This document shows positions 29,938 through 40,647 of a stretch of 64,000 nt of DNA, piece by piece. Source of the stretch: an uncultured Thermoplasmata archaeon (GTDB taxonomy: Archaea > Thermoplasmatota > Thermoplasmata > UBA10834); contig CAVVJQ010000003.1 in the NCBI GenBank assembly GCA_963748615.1, positions 304,599 through 368,598 of the forward strand, in the 5' to 3' direction. The notes beneath the pieces are model-generated. The model did not search any database, was not told the DNA's origin, and worked only from the letters and a program-made list of their open reading frames with translations. How positions within the stretch are numbered: the first letter of the stretch is position 1; each line of letters opens with the position of its first letter. A program made the translations under genes and the position numbers.

Positions 29938-32900
29938 TCAGAGATTCTGGTCTTCCGGAGGCGCTGGTTCCTCCATCGCGATACCATCGACACCAGAGTC
30001 GTTCGCACCGGACGACTTGCCACCCTTGCCCTTCTTCATAAACATTATGGCAAGAAGAGCGACAATCGCAAGCGCTGCCACGATTCCAATCGGGAGACCG
30101 TACTGCTCGATGAATGTCTTCTCATCGTCGTCGACTGGTTCCTCATTGATCGTGACGCTTACTGTCGCCTCATCAGTCTGGCCGGAACCGTCCCTGACCG
30201 TCAGGGTGACATCGTATGTGTCCGCTACATCGAATGTGAACGAGAACGATGCAGTGTATCTTGTCACTGTAGCATCCTCGTACACGAACGTCCAGGTGTA
30301 GTTCACTATGCCGATATCATCAGATGATCCAGTGCCGCTGAAGGTAACCGATGTCCCGACTGTCGCTGATGCAGGTGTCACTGTCGCAACTGCTGTCGGA
30401 TCTGCATCCGTAGAAGACGCCTCCACGGTGACCGTCACAGTTGTGGTGTCGTAGTTCCCGGCAGCATCTGTCACATTCAAGGTCACGATGTAGGCACCTG
30501 CGATGTCGAACTCGAACGAGACCGTCGCACCATCCAACGATACCGGAGCACCGTTGTAGGTGAAAGTCCAAGTGTAGCTATCGATACCCACATTGTCAGT
30601 CGAAGTCGTTCCAACGAATGTGACTGTCGCTCCTGCATCGACCTCTGTCGCGCTAGCGGAAGCATCAGCAACGGGAGACTGTGTATCCAAGACCGTCACC
30701 GTCACTGTCGCGGTGTCGCTGTTCCCTTCGTCGTCGGTCACTGTCAAGGTTATCTCGAATACTCCAGCGTTCTCGAAGGTGTATTCGACTGTCTCGCCGA
30801 TCAATTCGACTGCCACGCCGTCGGTGAAGGTCCACACGAAGTCCATCTCATCGTCGTAGTTGTCGCTGGACCCAGATCCATCCAGAGTCACCGTCGCATC
30901 CATATCGACTTCAGATTCGGAAGCTTCTGCGACCGCGACTGGAGCTTCTGTGTCACGAACGATTATGTCTATCTCGTCGGAGCCCTCGTTGTCCATCGCA
31001 TCCTTGGCCACAAGGGTCACAGTGTACGAACCGGGCGTATCGAACTGGTAGGACATGGACTCACCATAAAGGGTCACGATGACCTCATCCACCAGTGTCC
31101 AAGTCCAATTGACCACATCGACATTGTCACTTGAGCCGGATCCATCGAATGTGACTGTATCACCCATGTCAACATCCATGTCATCGGCCACTGCAACAGC
31201 GGTTGGGTCCGTTGCATCAGTGATCGTGACTGAGACCACATCTGGATCAGACTCCTGATCAATGGTGTCACGGACCACCAGGGTCACTGTGTATGTACCG
31301 ACATCCAGGAATTCGTACTCCGGCTGCGAACCGTACAGCGTGACCGACAGCTCCTCGATCACCCAGGTCCAGTTGACGACAGGGCCTGCATCATCGGAAG
31401 AACCCGTGCCATCGAACATGACGAGTTCATCCTCGGGTGCGGTTATGTCTTCACCTGCATCTGCGACGGGTGGAGCATCCGCCACGACCTCAATCGTTGC
31501 GGACGCGCTCACGTTGTGGCTCATTCCATCATCGACATATACCCGGCAAGTGTGCGTTCCGATTGTGTCGTACGCGTAGTCTACATCCTGACCAACAAGG
31601 AGGACGCTACCGTCGTCGTAGAAGTCCCACGTGTATGTCAGATCATCTTCGTCAGGATCGCTGGCATCTGCGTAGTATCCAGTCGTTTGACCTACAGCGA
31701 CAGTCTTGTCCGCGGGGTAGGTCGTGAATTCCGGCTCATAGTTGATGCCTGCAGGGCGGACGGTCGTCTTCGCACTGCTGGTCACATTGTGACTCGACAG
31801 CGAGAAGCCGTCATACACCCATACCTGGCGAGTGTAGTTGCCGACGACGGTGTATGTATGGGTTATCGAATTGCCGACGAAGTACCCTGTGCCATCGCCA
31901 AAGTCCCATGTGTATACGAGCGCTTCACCATCTGCATCAGTCGCGACTGCAGTGTACGTACGAGAGACATCTTGCGTCACGTTGATCCAGGTCAATGAAT
32001 TCAATACAGGTTTAGCGTTGATGAACGCATATCCTGCGGCAGATTCATTGTAACCCTTATTATCATCGGCCCACACCCGGTACACGTATCCATCCTCAGC
32101 TGAGGATTGGGTGTAGGTATGCGTAGTTGATCCACTCGTTGTCACAGATACCTTCTCATCGCCCCAATACCAGGTGTACTTCAGAGAGTCAGAGTTGGGG
32201 TCGACCACATCGACGGAGAACGAGGTCGCCTCATTTGTCGTACCGTATACCGTTGCAGGGTCCTCCTGGAATTCTGGAGGATCATTTGGCAGAACGACCA
32301 CGGATAGCTCAGATGAGACATTCGCTGCGCCGTCGGATGCATGCATATACACAGTGTGGGTTCCAGCAGCCTCATACGAGTGGGTGGTCGAGCATTCGAC
32401 CACCGAACCGGTTCCCGCAAAGTGCTCCACATAATAGCTTCCGTCACCGAATTCGAAGGTTATCGTCAACGGGTCTTCGTCCTTGTCGCTCGCGAGTCCG
32501 ACGAATACCAGGTCTTCACCACAATATGTAGCAGCGGGCGTTGAGTCCGTTATGGTGAACCCCTGGATGACCGGAACCTTGTTCGACATCGTGATGACGC
32601 TCACAAGTCCCGAATCCGAGACATTGTGATTATCCAGACCCGTCAGATCATCTACCCACACCGTCAGCGTGTACGTTCCTCTCGAATTGTAGGCATGGTC
32701 CGCTGATGAAGTGGTCGTGACGGAGAATTCCCCGTCGCCCCAATACCACGTATACCGCAGTTCATCCCTAGAATCTGGGTCGCTCGCCGTCGCGGTGTAA
32801 GTGTAGGTCTGCTTCGCGATCTTGTTCGCGTAGTCGGGAACCGTCACGGTTGGAACCCTGTTGGAAGTGACCGGCACATAGGCGTATCCCATCGTCGGCC

Positions 32901-35292
32901 TGTCGACCGCACCGATGTGCTTGTCATCGACAGAGACTGATACCGTAAAGGATGTCGCCGTGAGGAATTGGTGCGTGACCGTCTGTCCACCCAATATGCC
33001 TCCATCGCCGAAGTTCCATGTGTAGTAGAGAGTGTCGGCCTCCTCGTCGGTAGCGACACAAGAGAAGGTTATCTCAGTACCAGTGTCGGGATCGACTGGA
33101 TCAACGATGATCTCCTGGATGACCGGCTCGGCATTGGTCATATCCCTGACAGTGACCGTCGCCTTGGTCCATGTCATGAAGCCATCATCGAATCCATTAG
33201 ACAGACCATTCTCATAGACAGCGATGTAGACAGTGTATACACCGTCCGCATCATATGTGTGAGACATCGAAACGGTCCCGGTTTCATCAACGAGCACATC
33301 GGACGTCGCGCTGCCATCGCCCCAGAACCACTTCATTCTGAGCGGGGTCGTGTCATCATCATCGGAGACAGTAGCGCTAAACCCATTGATCGGTGTATTC
33401 ATGTCACCAGTCAGGGCAGCAGTGTATCCGTTGAATTGAGGAGCCTCATTGTCGGTCGGCTGCACCCTCATTCCGAGGTACTGGAATGTGACATCCGGAA
33501 GCAGCATGTAGGTGCTGTTCCAGTCACCGTAGTTCGACCAGTACTTCGTGCTAGCTGCGTACAGATCCTTCCTGAAGGCAATGCATTGGCAACCCATGTT
33601 CTCGTATGCCATCCTCTGCATGTCGTTTACAATCTCACGCCTGATCGAGGGATCCATGGTAACGAGACTCTCATTGTACAATGCATCGTAGGTCGCGTTC
33701 GACCAGTACACATCACTGTCTATGCCGATCGAATCGGTCGTCAAGACAGACAACACGCCAGTACATGGATCGTTCAATGGACCGAATATCCAGTCCCACA
33801 GCCAGATGTCGTAATCGGCTGCGTACCAGTAATTGGTCAATGTAGTACCGCTCACAAGCTCCAGATTGAGCTTGATACCGGCATCCTCCGTCCAGTTCAC
33901 AATCATTCTGGCGCCCTCTTCCCACTCTGTGGCAGAGTTGAGACTGTAGAACCTGAATTCGAGCGGATCGCCGAATCCACCAGTCGGCAGCGCCCTGTAC
34001 AATGGACACGTGTCGTCGGTCGCGGCCTTCCCCAGCGCATCATACTTCCAACCCGCATCGTTCAAGATAACACGAGCAGCAGCGGGGTCGAATGGAATCT
34101 GACTCTCACCATCTACGCTACCGTACTCGTAGTACCAAGGATTCACGTCAGGGACCAGAGATGTGGCAACGCTTCCGAGATCCTCCAACACTTCATGTAT
34201 GAAGTTGGGTTTATCAACGCACATCGCAATCGCCAGCTTGACCTCGTCTATCAGCAGCAGCTGGCTGTTCGTTCCACTCTTGGTAGTGCCGCCGAGCTGT
34301 GCTCTGAGATCATCGGTCATCTGGTTGAGGTTGAACTCATAGACGAATCCTTGGCTCTGGGCGAATCCAAGGACATATGGCGTGACATCCGCCTCGGACA
34401 CGTAGACCGAGGGGGAGACGCCGAGCATGACATCGATCGTACCGTCCTTGACATCCTGCCATGCAGTGCTCGCTTCGAGTTCACCCACGATGAAAAGCTG
34501 ATCTATATGCATCTGCCACCCACAGTTCTCTTCCATATACCAGTTCGGATTCCTTCGGAGCTCAACTGTGTTGGTAGTCGGCAGGCCGTCAGTGGCGTAG
34601 TACCATGGGCCTGAACCCACTGGGGGCAGATTGTCGAAATTCTGAGGGTTAACAGTCTCCCATATGTACTTCGGCAGAATCGGCATTGTGAATATATCGT
34701 TGTACGGTGCATATGGCTTGCACAATGTGAGAATCATCTCGTAATCGTTAACCTTTACCATCGAACCAACCGCATCGCCCATGCTTCCGTGGAGTCGGCT
34801 CAGATCGTTGTCCTGATACATCCACAACGACCATATCACATCGTCTATCGTGAGGTGTCTTGACTCCTTCACGATAGGGTCGGTGGGGTCAGGATCAGTT
34901 GGATCGCAGAAGTAGACGTTATCCCATATTTTGAAATTCCATGTCAATCCATCAGGGGTAGAACTCCATTCGTAAGCAAGATCCCCGATGACGTTATTGT
35001 CCACATCTCTTTGAAGAAGCGCGCTGTACAAACTCCAAATCACCATGGCCTCGGCCATCCAGGTATATGTATTCGGATTCAGAGTTGATATCGTCAGCTC
35101 ACCGCTCAGGCCCACCACAAATTGGCTTCGCTCGCGTTCGGCCGCGCTCGCCTCATCAACAATCTTCACGGCATCTCCGCCTGTAAGGAAGGACGGGATA
35201 CCGACCATCAATATCGCCAGGACAACTGCGAGTAGAGTCTTGGTCGCTCTTGCCCTGAATATGTTCCTACTCTTGCCAATACTATCCATCAT
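29938..35292 (-). CDS. oppA: Giant family 5 peptide-binding protein with about 12 PKD/Ig-like repeats and C-terminal TM anchor
   Basis: Signal peptide, SBP domain (GDLAYEW, VGSGPW, RRNPNW), 12 repeats with a conserved W/F strand, TM followed by KKGK. Confidence 0.9.
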   Translation of the reverse strand: MMDSIGKSRNIFRARATKTLLAVVLAILMVGIPSFLTGGDAVKIVDEASAAERERSQFVVGLSGELTISTLNPNTYTWMAEAMVIWSLYSALLQRDVDNNVIGDLAYEWSSTPDGLTWNFKIWDNVYFCDPTDPDPTDPIVKESRHLTIDDVIWSLWMYQDNDLSRLHGSMGDAVGSMVKVNDYEMILTLCKPYAPYNDIFTMPILPKYIWETVNPQNFDNLPPVGSGPWYYATDGLPTTNTVELRRNPNWYMEENCGWQMHIDQLFIVGELEASTAWQDVKDGTIDVMLGVSPSVYVSEADVTPYVLGFAQSQGFVYEFNLNQMTDDLRAQLGGTTKSGTNSQLLLIDEVKLAIAMCVDKPNFIHEVLEDLGSVATSLVPDVNPWYYEYGSVDGESQIPFDPAAARVILNDAGWKYDALGKAATDDTCPLYRALPTGGFGDPLEFRFYSLNSATEWEEGARMIVNWTEDAGIKLNLELVSGTTLTNYWYAADYDIWLWDWIFGPLNDPCTGVLSVLTTDSIGIDSDVYWSNATYDALYNESLVTMDPSIRREIVNDMQRMAYENMGCQCIAFRKDLYAASTKYWSNYGDWNSTYMLLPDVTFQYLGMRVQPTDNEAPQFNGYTAALTGDMNTPINGFSATVSDDDDTTPLRMKWFWGDGSATSDVLVDETGTVSMSHTYDADGVYTVYIAVYENGLSNGFDDGFMTWTKATVTVRDMTNAEPVIQEIIVDPVDPDTGTEITFSCVATDEEADTLYYTWNFGDGGILGGQTVTHQFLTATSFTVSVSVDDKHIGAVDRPTMGYAYVPVTSNRVPTVTVPDYANKIAKQTYTYTATASDPDSRDELRYTWYWGDGEFSVTTTSSADHAYNSRGTYTLTVWVDDLTGLDNHNVSDSGLVSVITMSNKVPVIQGFTITDSTPAATYCGEDLVFVGLASDKDEDPLTITFEFGDGSYYVEHFAGTGSVVECSTTHSYEAAGTHTVYMHASDGAANVSSELSVVVLPNDPPEFQEDPATVYGTTNEATSFSVDVVDPNSDSLKYTWYWGDEKVSVTTSGSTTHTYTQSSAEDGYVYRVWADDNKGYNESAAGYAFINAKPVLNSLTWINVTQDVSRTYTAVATDADGEALVYTWDFGDGTGYFVGNSITHTYTVVGNYTRQVWVYDGFSLSSHNVTSSAKTTVRPAGINYEPEFTTYPADKTVAVGQTTGYYADASDPDEDDLTYTWDFYDDGSVLLVGQDVDYAYDTIGTHTCRVYVDDGMSHNVSASATIEVVADAPPVADAGEDITAPEDELVMFDGTGSSDDAGPVVNWTWVIEELSVTLYGSQPEYEFLDVGTYTVTLVVRDTIDQESDPDVVSVTITDATDPTAVAVADDMDVDMGDTVTFDGSGSSDNVDVVNWTWTLVDEVIVTLYGESMSYQFDTPGSYTVTLVAKDAMDNEGSDEIDIIVRDTEAPVAVAEASESEVDMDATVTLDGSGSSDNYDDEMDFVWTFTDGVAVELIGETVEYTFENAGVFEITLTVTDDEGNSDTATVTVTVLDTQSPVADASASATEVDAGATVTFVGTTSTDNVGIDSYTWTFTYNGAPVSLDGATVSFEFDIAGAYIVTLNVTDAAGNYDTTTVTVTVEASSTDADPTAVATVTPASATVGTSVTFSGTGSSDDIGIVNYTWTFVYEDATVTRYTASFSFTFDVADTYDVTLTVRDGSGQTDEATVSVTINEEPVDDDEKTFIEQYGLPIGIVAALAIVALLAIMFMKKGKGGKSSGANDSGVDGIAMEEPAPPEDQNL

Positions 35293-35694
35293 TGATTCCC
35301 CCATTCGTACATCAGATTCCAAATCATCGTGCGAATCTATTCGAAATCCTATTTATTCCATCATTCAACTTGAGTTTTATAGAGAAGTCGCACTAATCGA
35401 AATTGACCATGTACCGTAATCAGCAGGTCTAAGGCTCTGCGCGACTGGTGACCGCATCCGACCGCACTACTCCCCCGTGCCCTCTTAGAGAAGGACTAAG
35501 GAGTTAAGCTCGGGGCGCTATAAAATCCTTTTGAATATTGTCCATCGTATGATTGTCATCCAAGGGCATCATAGCGCAATACTGGCGCATCAGATTGCAT
35601 CTCGGAAGATAACGTACAACCTGCACGGGTTCGAACGGCGGTCCGAACCGTATGAACGGCACCCGCTATGAACGGGCGAGAAGCCTCTTCGAAA

Positions 35695-36636
35695 TCATCG
35701 TTTCCTTAGCTTCGGGTTCATTACCTCATCCAAGGCATATCCGAGCAGCGTGAAGCCCAAGACCACGAACACGATGCAGAGACCTGGCATTATGATCCAA
35801 TAGTGAAGGCCAATATGGAACGCACCCTGGCTGAACGCGTGGCTAAGCATGGTGCCCCAAGTCACGACGCCGATAGGTCTCATTCCGAGGAAACTCAGGG
35901 TCGCCTCCGACAATATGGATATCGCGACCGTCAAGATGGTGTTGGCGAACACCAGAGGGAATGAATTCGGGAGGATATGTCTTCGGATGATCTGCATGTC
36001 CCCCGAACCGATGGCACGAGCTCGCTCGATATACTGCCGCTCTTTGATCGAAAGCACCTGGGAACGGACCAGACGAGCGGTTCCAGACCATCCGGTCAGT
36101 CCAATGATCAGGATGATACCTGTGAGATTGATCTCTCCAAGGAACGCAGCTATGATGATCATAAGGACGAGCCATGGGATTGACAGAACGATGTCGTTGA
36201 GCCTCATGATGACCTCGTCCTTCCAACCCCCTACATAACCCGAGTATAGACCGATCAGCGCGCCAAGGAATGATGCAATCATCGCGGAGACTACGCCGAC
36301 GATGATGGAGGTCCTGGCACCATACAGAAGCTGACTGAATATATCGAACCCGAAAGCGTCCGTGCCCATGATATGTTCGCTAGATTGAGGCAGCAAGTCT
36401 TCGAACTGCCCCACGCCTTCCGGATTCACTGTGTAAGGAGCTAGGTAGGGTCCGAACGCCGCAATCAATGCGAAGAAAACCAACAGGCAGATTCCGATTA
36501 GACCCATCGGATTCCTCAGTACCTGCTTGGTCATCTTGCGCCAATTATGAAGCGTCAGTCGAATCTTCTCGTGGGTGACATCGGAGAGTATGCCCTTCCT
36601 GGAAGCTTTGCCTTTGTTGGTGTTATCACTTTCCAT
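35695..36636 (-). CDS. oppC: Peptide ABC transporter permease (OppC/DppC)
   Basis: MGTDAFGFDIFSQLLYGARTS, EAA loop YIERARAIG, GYALDEVMNPKLR. Confidence 0.93.
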   Translation of the reverse strand: MESDNTNKGKASRKGILSDVTHEKIRLTLHNWRKMTKQVLRNPMGLIGICLLVFFALIAAFGPYLAPYTVNPEGVGQFEDLLPQSSEHIMGTDAFGFDIFSQLLYGARTSIIVGVVSAMIASFLGALIGLYSGYVGGWKDEVIMRLNDIVLSIPWLVLMIIIAAFLGEINLTGIILIIGLTGWSGTARLVRSQVLSIKERQYIERARAIGSGDMQIIRRHILPNSFPLVFANTILTVAISILSEATLSFLGMRPIGVVTWGTMLSHAFSQGAFHIGLHYWIIMPGLCIVFVVLGFTLLGYALDEVMNPKLRKR

Positions 36637-36646
36637 TTGGGTCACC

Positions 36647-37663
36647 TCACGCAATCTTGATCCTTGGGTCGATGTAAAGCAGAATCACATCAGCGAATAG
36701 GTTCGCTAACACGACCGCAGCGCCACCTACGACAATTATGAATTGCAGGATCGGGAAGTCCCTGTTGTAGATGGCATTTAGAGTTCTGTACCCGATACCA
36801 GGATAATTGAAGATCACTTCGACCTGATACGCACCGCCGATTACGAACGCAATGCCCATCGCGATCAGTGTGACCATCGGAGCCATACCGTTCGGTAGCG
36901 CATGTCTTCTCAGGACCATGTAGTCCGTCAACCCTTTCGCCCTCGCGGTCGTGATGAAATCCTCAGTCATGACATCGACGAGCGAACTCCTCATGACCAG
37001 AGACACGCCTGCCAAGGACCCGATCGACAACGTCAGAGCCGGTAGTATCAGATGCTCGAGGACGCTCAGCACGATCGGGAGCTCCCATTTGAATGTCGGA
37101 CCATAGGTGATGGTGTCGAAATACCTGCCAGTCGGCAGCTGTGGCCACCAATCCATCCCAAGCGGGTAGGAATTGAACAGAATCTGCAGTATGATGGCGA
37201 ACCAGAATATCGGCATGCCGTAGAAGAACAAGGATACTCCTGTCGATGAGAAGTCGAACGCACCACCCCTACGATATGCAGAATATGCGCCCACGGCCAT
37301 GCCGATGAGGGTCGTGAAGACGGTCGACGTCCCGACCAATAATAAAGTCCACCTCATATCGTTGAAAATGATATCTGCAACAGGTCGAGAATTTTGCATG
37401 TAGGATATGCCCCAATCAAGAGTCATCGTGTTCTTCATGTACACGATATATTTCTCGGGAAGGGATGCGTTCAGGTGGAACCGTTCCATCAAATCATACT
37501 TTAGAGCCTCGTTGAACTTCGGATCCCTTGGGACCATGGTATCGATGGGATTACCAGGCATCCAGTGAATCAGCAAGAAGTTCAATGTCATGATCCCAAG
37601 AATCGTTATGATTGCGAAGATCGACCGCTTGATTATCATCTGTCTAAACGAACGGGATGCCAT
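36647..37663 (-). CDS. oppB: Peptide ABC transporter permease (OppB/DppB)
   Basis: MPGNP, DWGIS, DFITTARAKGL, RDFP, IDPRIK. Confidence 0.94.
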   Translation of the reverse strand: MASRSFRQMIIKRSIFAIITILGIMTLNFLLIHWMPGNPIDTMVPRDPKFNEALKYDLMERFHLNASLPEKYIVYMKNTMTLDWGISYMQNSRPVADIIFNDMRWTLLLVGTSTVFTTLIGMAVGAYSAYRRGGAFDFSSTGVSLFFYGMPIFWFAIILQILFNSYPLGMDWWPQLPTGRYFDTITYGPTFKWELPIVLSVLEHLILPALTLSIGSLAGVSLVMRSSLVDVMTEDFITTARAKGLTDYMVLRRHALPNGMAPMVTLIAMGIAFVIGGAYQVEVIFNYPGIGYRTLNAIYNRDFPILQFIIVVGGAAVVLANLFADVILLYIDPRIKIA

Positions 37664-39747
37664 CAACGATCACCTCTAGACACTTCGGTTCTCATTGCCT
37701 CGCGCGGTATATCGGTTCTCCTTCTCAGCATATTTCTAAGGGCAGCCTTGTCGGAAACGTACTTTTCCTTGAGGGCGGACCTGGCTCCATCATCCTTCGC
37801 GGATGCTCGCGCTTTCCGATATGACGTCTTCAGATCCTTCATTCGAAGCCTATACTCATCGAGAGTCATTCCATGCTGATCAAGCCACTTCCTGTAGCGA
37901 CCAAGAATCAACGCGCGCAGGGCAAGCCCACCGATCGATCCGAACAATATCAAGAGACCAACATAGTCCCATTCATCCCAGACACGGTCCGCTCTGGGAG
38001 CGAAGTTCGAGACTACAACTCGCATCGTGTAAGAGATATTGTGGAATCCGATACCGATCTGATTATCAGTAATCCAGACCATTGGATGGTATTCATTGGA
38101 CAAATCGTATGTGTAATTGACGGTGATCGTTACGTTCCCACTTGAATCGTAATCCGTCGTCTGAATGTGCATGATACTACTGTTGTCATCAAAATCCCAG
38201 TACAGGTCAATGGGGTCCATCTCATTGTCGTGTATTTTGAATGTGAAGGTGACGACAGAACCAGGCAATGCGTAGGTGCGTTCGGACATCCCTAGTGCAA
38301 AGGATACTATGCTCGGAGCCTGGTTCGTCGAATTGATCATGAGCAGAAGATATCTCGTCACTTCATGGCCGTCTCGACCGTCGGTGATGACCACGGTCAC
38401 ATTGTAGATTCCACTCTTGTTGTAGCCGTGGCTCTGGATGAAAGCGAAGGGAGCGGTCCCTCCACTAGATTGCTGAGTGACAGTGTCAGAAGAATCACCG
38501 AAATCCCAGACTGCAGTCATGACGTCCCCATCGACATCGTTGGCCCTCGCGGTGAATGTAACGTTCACCGTCGTGTTGACATCGTCGAGTATCAGTGTCG
38601 GTGCGGTGTAGCTGATGACCATCATGGCCAGTGGCGCATAGTTCAGCGTCACTGTGACCTTGGCTCTCACGGATATATTATGAGGGAATATCTGGTCAGG
38701 AATCAATGCATCACTGACGTAGAGGGTGACCGTGTAATTGCCGACTTCCTCGAAAGTGTGAGTGATATTGAGCGAGAGATTCGTGCCGGGAGGAGCAACA
38801 TCAGTATGGTAGACCTCGGTGTGATAGATGCTTACGCTGTTGTTGAATGTGAATGTCCATGTCAGAGCCTCACCCTCGAGATCCAGAGCAGAAGCATAGA
38901 AGGTCACTTCACTCATCGGACTCGACTCGTTCTTCGATGAGACTAGGGTGATGTTCGGCACGAAATTGTAGGGCAGGTTGATCGTCACATTTGTCAGGGA
39001 TGATATCATGTGCCCCTCGGAATCTTCGACTGTTACAGTCAACCAATAGTATATCGGGTCCGCCTCATTCCAGCCAGGAGCGACATCTGGATCCCATGTG
39101 TGTGTCTGATTCGCATAGACGCCTGATGCGGCGGGTCCGGTCGAGTTCGTGGCCACAGGCGATCCGTCACCGAAATCCCAGGTTACCGTCAGCTCGTCAT
39201 CATCAACGTCTTCCACACCAACGCTCAGGTTCACGGGGACTCCCGGATCGGCTGTCATTCCAGTAGGTAGACGGCGAGTGAAACTCGGAGGTGCATTCTC
39301 CACTACATAGACCAGAATCGTCTCGCTAACGGTGTTCGTTCCGTCACCCACGTACAGCTTAGCCTGGAAACATGTTCCTTGGGTGTAACTCAGGTTGCCG
39401 ATGTGGTCGTAGGTGAATTTCGTCACTATCGAGCCAGGATTAACAGTATTGTTGACTGAATATGGACTCTGAGTGTTGTTCGTGCTGTTGGCGAGTCTTG
39501 CATCGTAGAATATTGTGAAGGTAAGAGAAGAAGAAACATCGCTCGATGCGTTTGCATAGAATGTCACCTCATCCCCAACATATACGCGAGATGGACTGGC
39601 GACGAAATTGATGATTGTGCTTGCCTCGATGCGCGCAGGAATCTCAGACGGCTCTATATCATTCGTGAAAGGAATTGGCATGATGCCCATGATGGGCGAG
39701 ATCAGTGAGACCGACAGGAAAAGGACGGCCACCGAGATTTGGGTCAT
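37663..39747 (-). CDS. Membrane-anchored protein with about 5 PKD-like domains
   Basis: N-terminal hydrophobic segment, WDFGDG/WDFGDS/WDFDDN repeats, TM and basic cytoplasmic tail; stop overlaps the oppB start; start uncertain. Confidence 0.8.
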   Translation of the reverse strand: MTQISVAVLFLSVSLISPIMGIMPIPFTNDIEPSEIPARIEASTIINFVASPSRVYVGDEVTFYANASSDVSSSLTFTIFYDARLANSTNNTQSPYSVNNTVNPGSIVTKFTYDHIGNLSYTQGTCFQAKLYVGDGTNTVSETILVYVVENAPPSFTRRLPTGMTADPGVPVNLSVGVEDVDDDELTVTWDFGDGSPVATNSTGPAASGVYANQTHTWDPDVAPGWNEADPIYYWLTVTVEDSEGHMISSLTNVTINLPYNFVPNITLVSSKNESSPMSEVTFYASALDLEGEALTWTFTFNNSVSIYHTEVYHTDVAPPGTNLSLNITHTFEEVGNYTVTLYVSDALIPDQIFPHNISVRAKVTVTLNYAPLAMMVISYTAPTLILDDVNTTVNVTFTARANDVDGDVMTAVWDFGDSSDTVTQQSSGGTAPFAFIQSHGYNKSGIYNVTVVITDGRDGHEVTRYLLLMINSTNQAPSIVSFALGMSERTYALPGSVVTFTFKIHDNEMDPIDLYWDFDDNSSIMHIQTTDYDSSGNVTITVNYTYDLSNEYHPMVWITDNQIGIGFHNISYTMRVVVSNFAPRADRVWDEWDYVGLLILFGSIGGLALRALILGRYRKWLDQHGMTLDEYRLRMKDLKTSYRKARASAKDDGARSALKEKYVSDKAALRNMLRRRTDIPREAMRTEVSRGDR

Positions 39748-40151
39748 GCGATTGTTCTTTCTCTTCGACAAATCAGCTGGAATTCCGAGAAAATGAATTC
39801 CTCTGAGCCCCCGACGATCCGAGTCCAAGCTTCTCTTCCCCCTCGAATAAGCGCCCGTACCGTGGATAATGAAGAGTGACCGCATCCACGCAATCGACGC
39901 GCGCCTCGACCGCACGAATGTCCTAACTCTATATAAAAGATAACAACATGATTATAATTATACATAGCACATATTAATTCGGTTCTGAATACAAACATCA
40001 TGTGTCCATCGCATCCGAATCGAACATCTGGATATCACCCACTTGCCTTCATTTTCCAGAGAGAAGTTCATAGTTCGAATAATGAACGAATGCTTGTGAT
40101 AGACACTTCGCCCATCGCATCGATCGCGGAAGGATATCCTCAGGTCCGCCT

Positions 40152-40478
40152 TTAGTCTTCCCGACGAACCTTGCGAACAACGTCCTCTCCTCGTCTGATG
40201 TATGACGCACCGATTATCCCGAACGAGGCGAACGCGATGGACACACCAGCAAGAGCAAACAACGCCGTCACGAGTCGAGAAGTCTCCGTAGACGGCACTA
40301 GGTCCCCGTAGCCGACCGTCGTTATCGTGCACACAGTGAAGTAGAACGAACTAGTCCAACTCCACCCTTCCATCAGATGGTAGGTCACCGTCCCCAGAGA
40401 GATCATACCAGAGAGTGCCAAGAAAGTCGCCGCGAGCTGAGCGTTGAGGCTCCCTAACGATATACCGAACAGCTTCAT
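40152..40478 (-). CDS. Minimal 2-TM potassium channel pore protein
   Basis: TITTVGYGD selectivity filter between two TMs; 108 aa. Confidence 0.92.
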   Translation of the reverse strand: MKLFGISLGSLNAQLAATFLALSGMISLGTVTYHLMEGWSWTSSFYFTVCTITTVGYGDLVPSTETSRLVTALFALAGVSIAFASFGIIGASYIRRGEDVVRKVRRED

Positions 40479-40537
40479 GCACCGTGTATCTACGTATGAT
40501 AATCATATACCGTCGTTCGACAAGAGATTAAAGAAGG

Positions 40538-40647
40538 CGCGGGGAGGGGGATTTGAACCCCCGAACTCTTTCGAGCACTGGATGTTTGCCTGTCCCATCT
40601 GGGACGAGATAGCAATCCAGCGCCTTGCCGGGCTGGGCCATCCCCGC
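40538..40647 (-). tRNA. tRNA-Ser (GCT) with 26-nt intron at 37/38 (40584-40609)
   Basis: GCGGGGA/TCCCCGC stem, G discriminator, long variable arm, bulge-helix-bulge TAT / TTGC:GCAA / ACA. Confidence 0.93.

Noticed and set aside
32968..34614. 548-aa plus-strand ORF
   Set aside because: Lies entirely antisense to the giant SBP and has the composition of a shadow frame.
35633..35675. Short repeats (TATGAACGG twice, GAACGG, GAACCG) between oppC and the SBP gene
   Set aside because: Too short and irregular to distinguish from chance or a simple hairpin.
40152..40478. Very small K+ channel next to tRNA-Ser as a possible integrated cassette
   Set aside because: No duplicated tRNA-Ser 3' end found downstream; pore-only channels are known.
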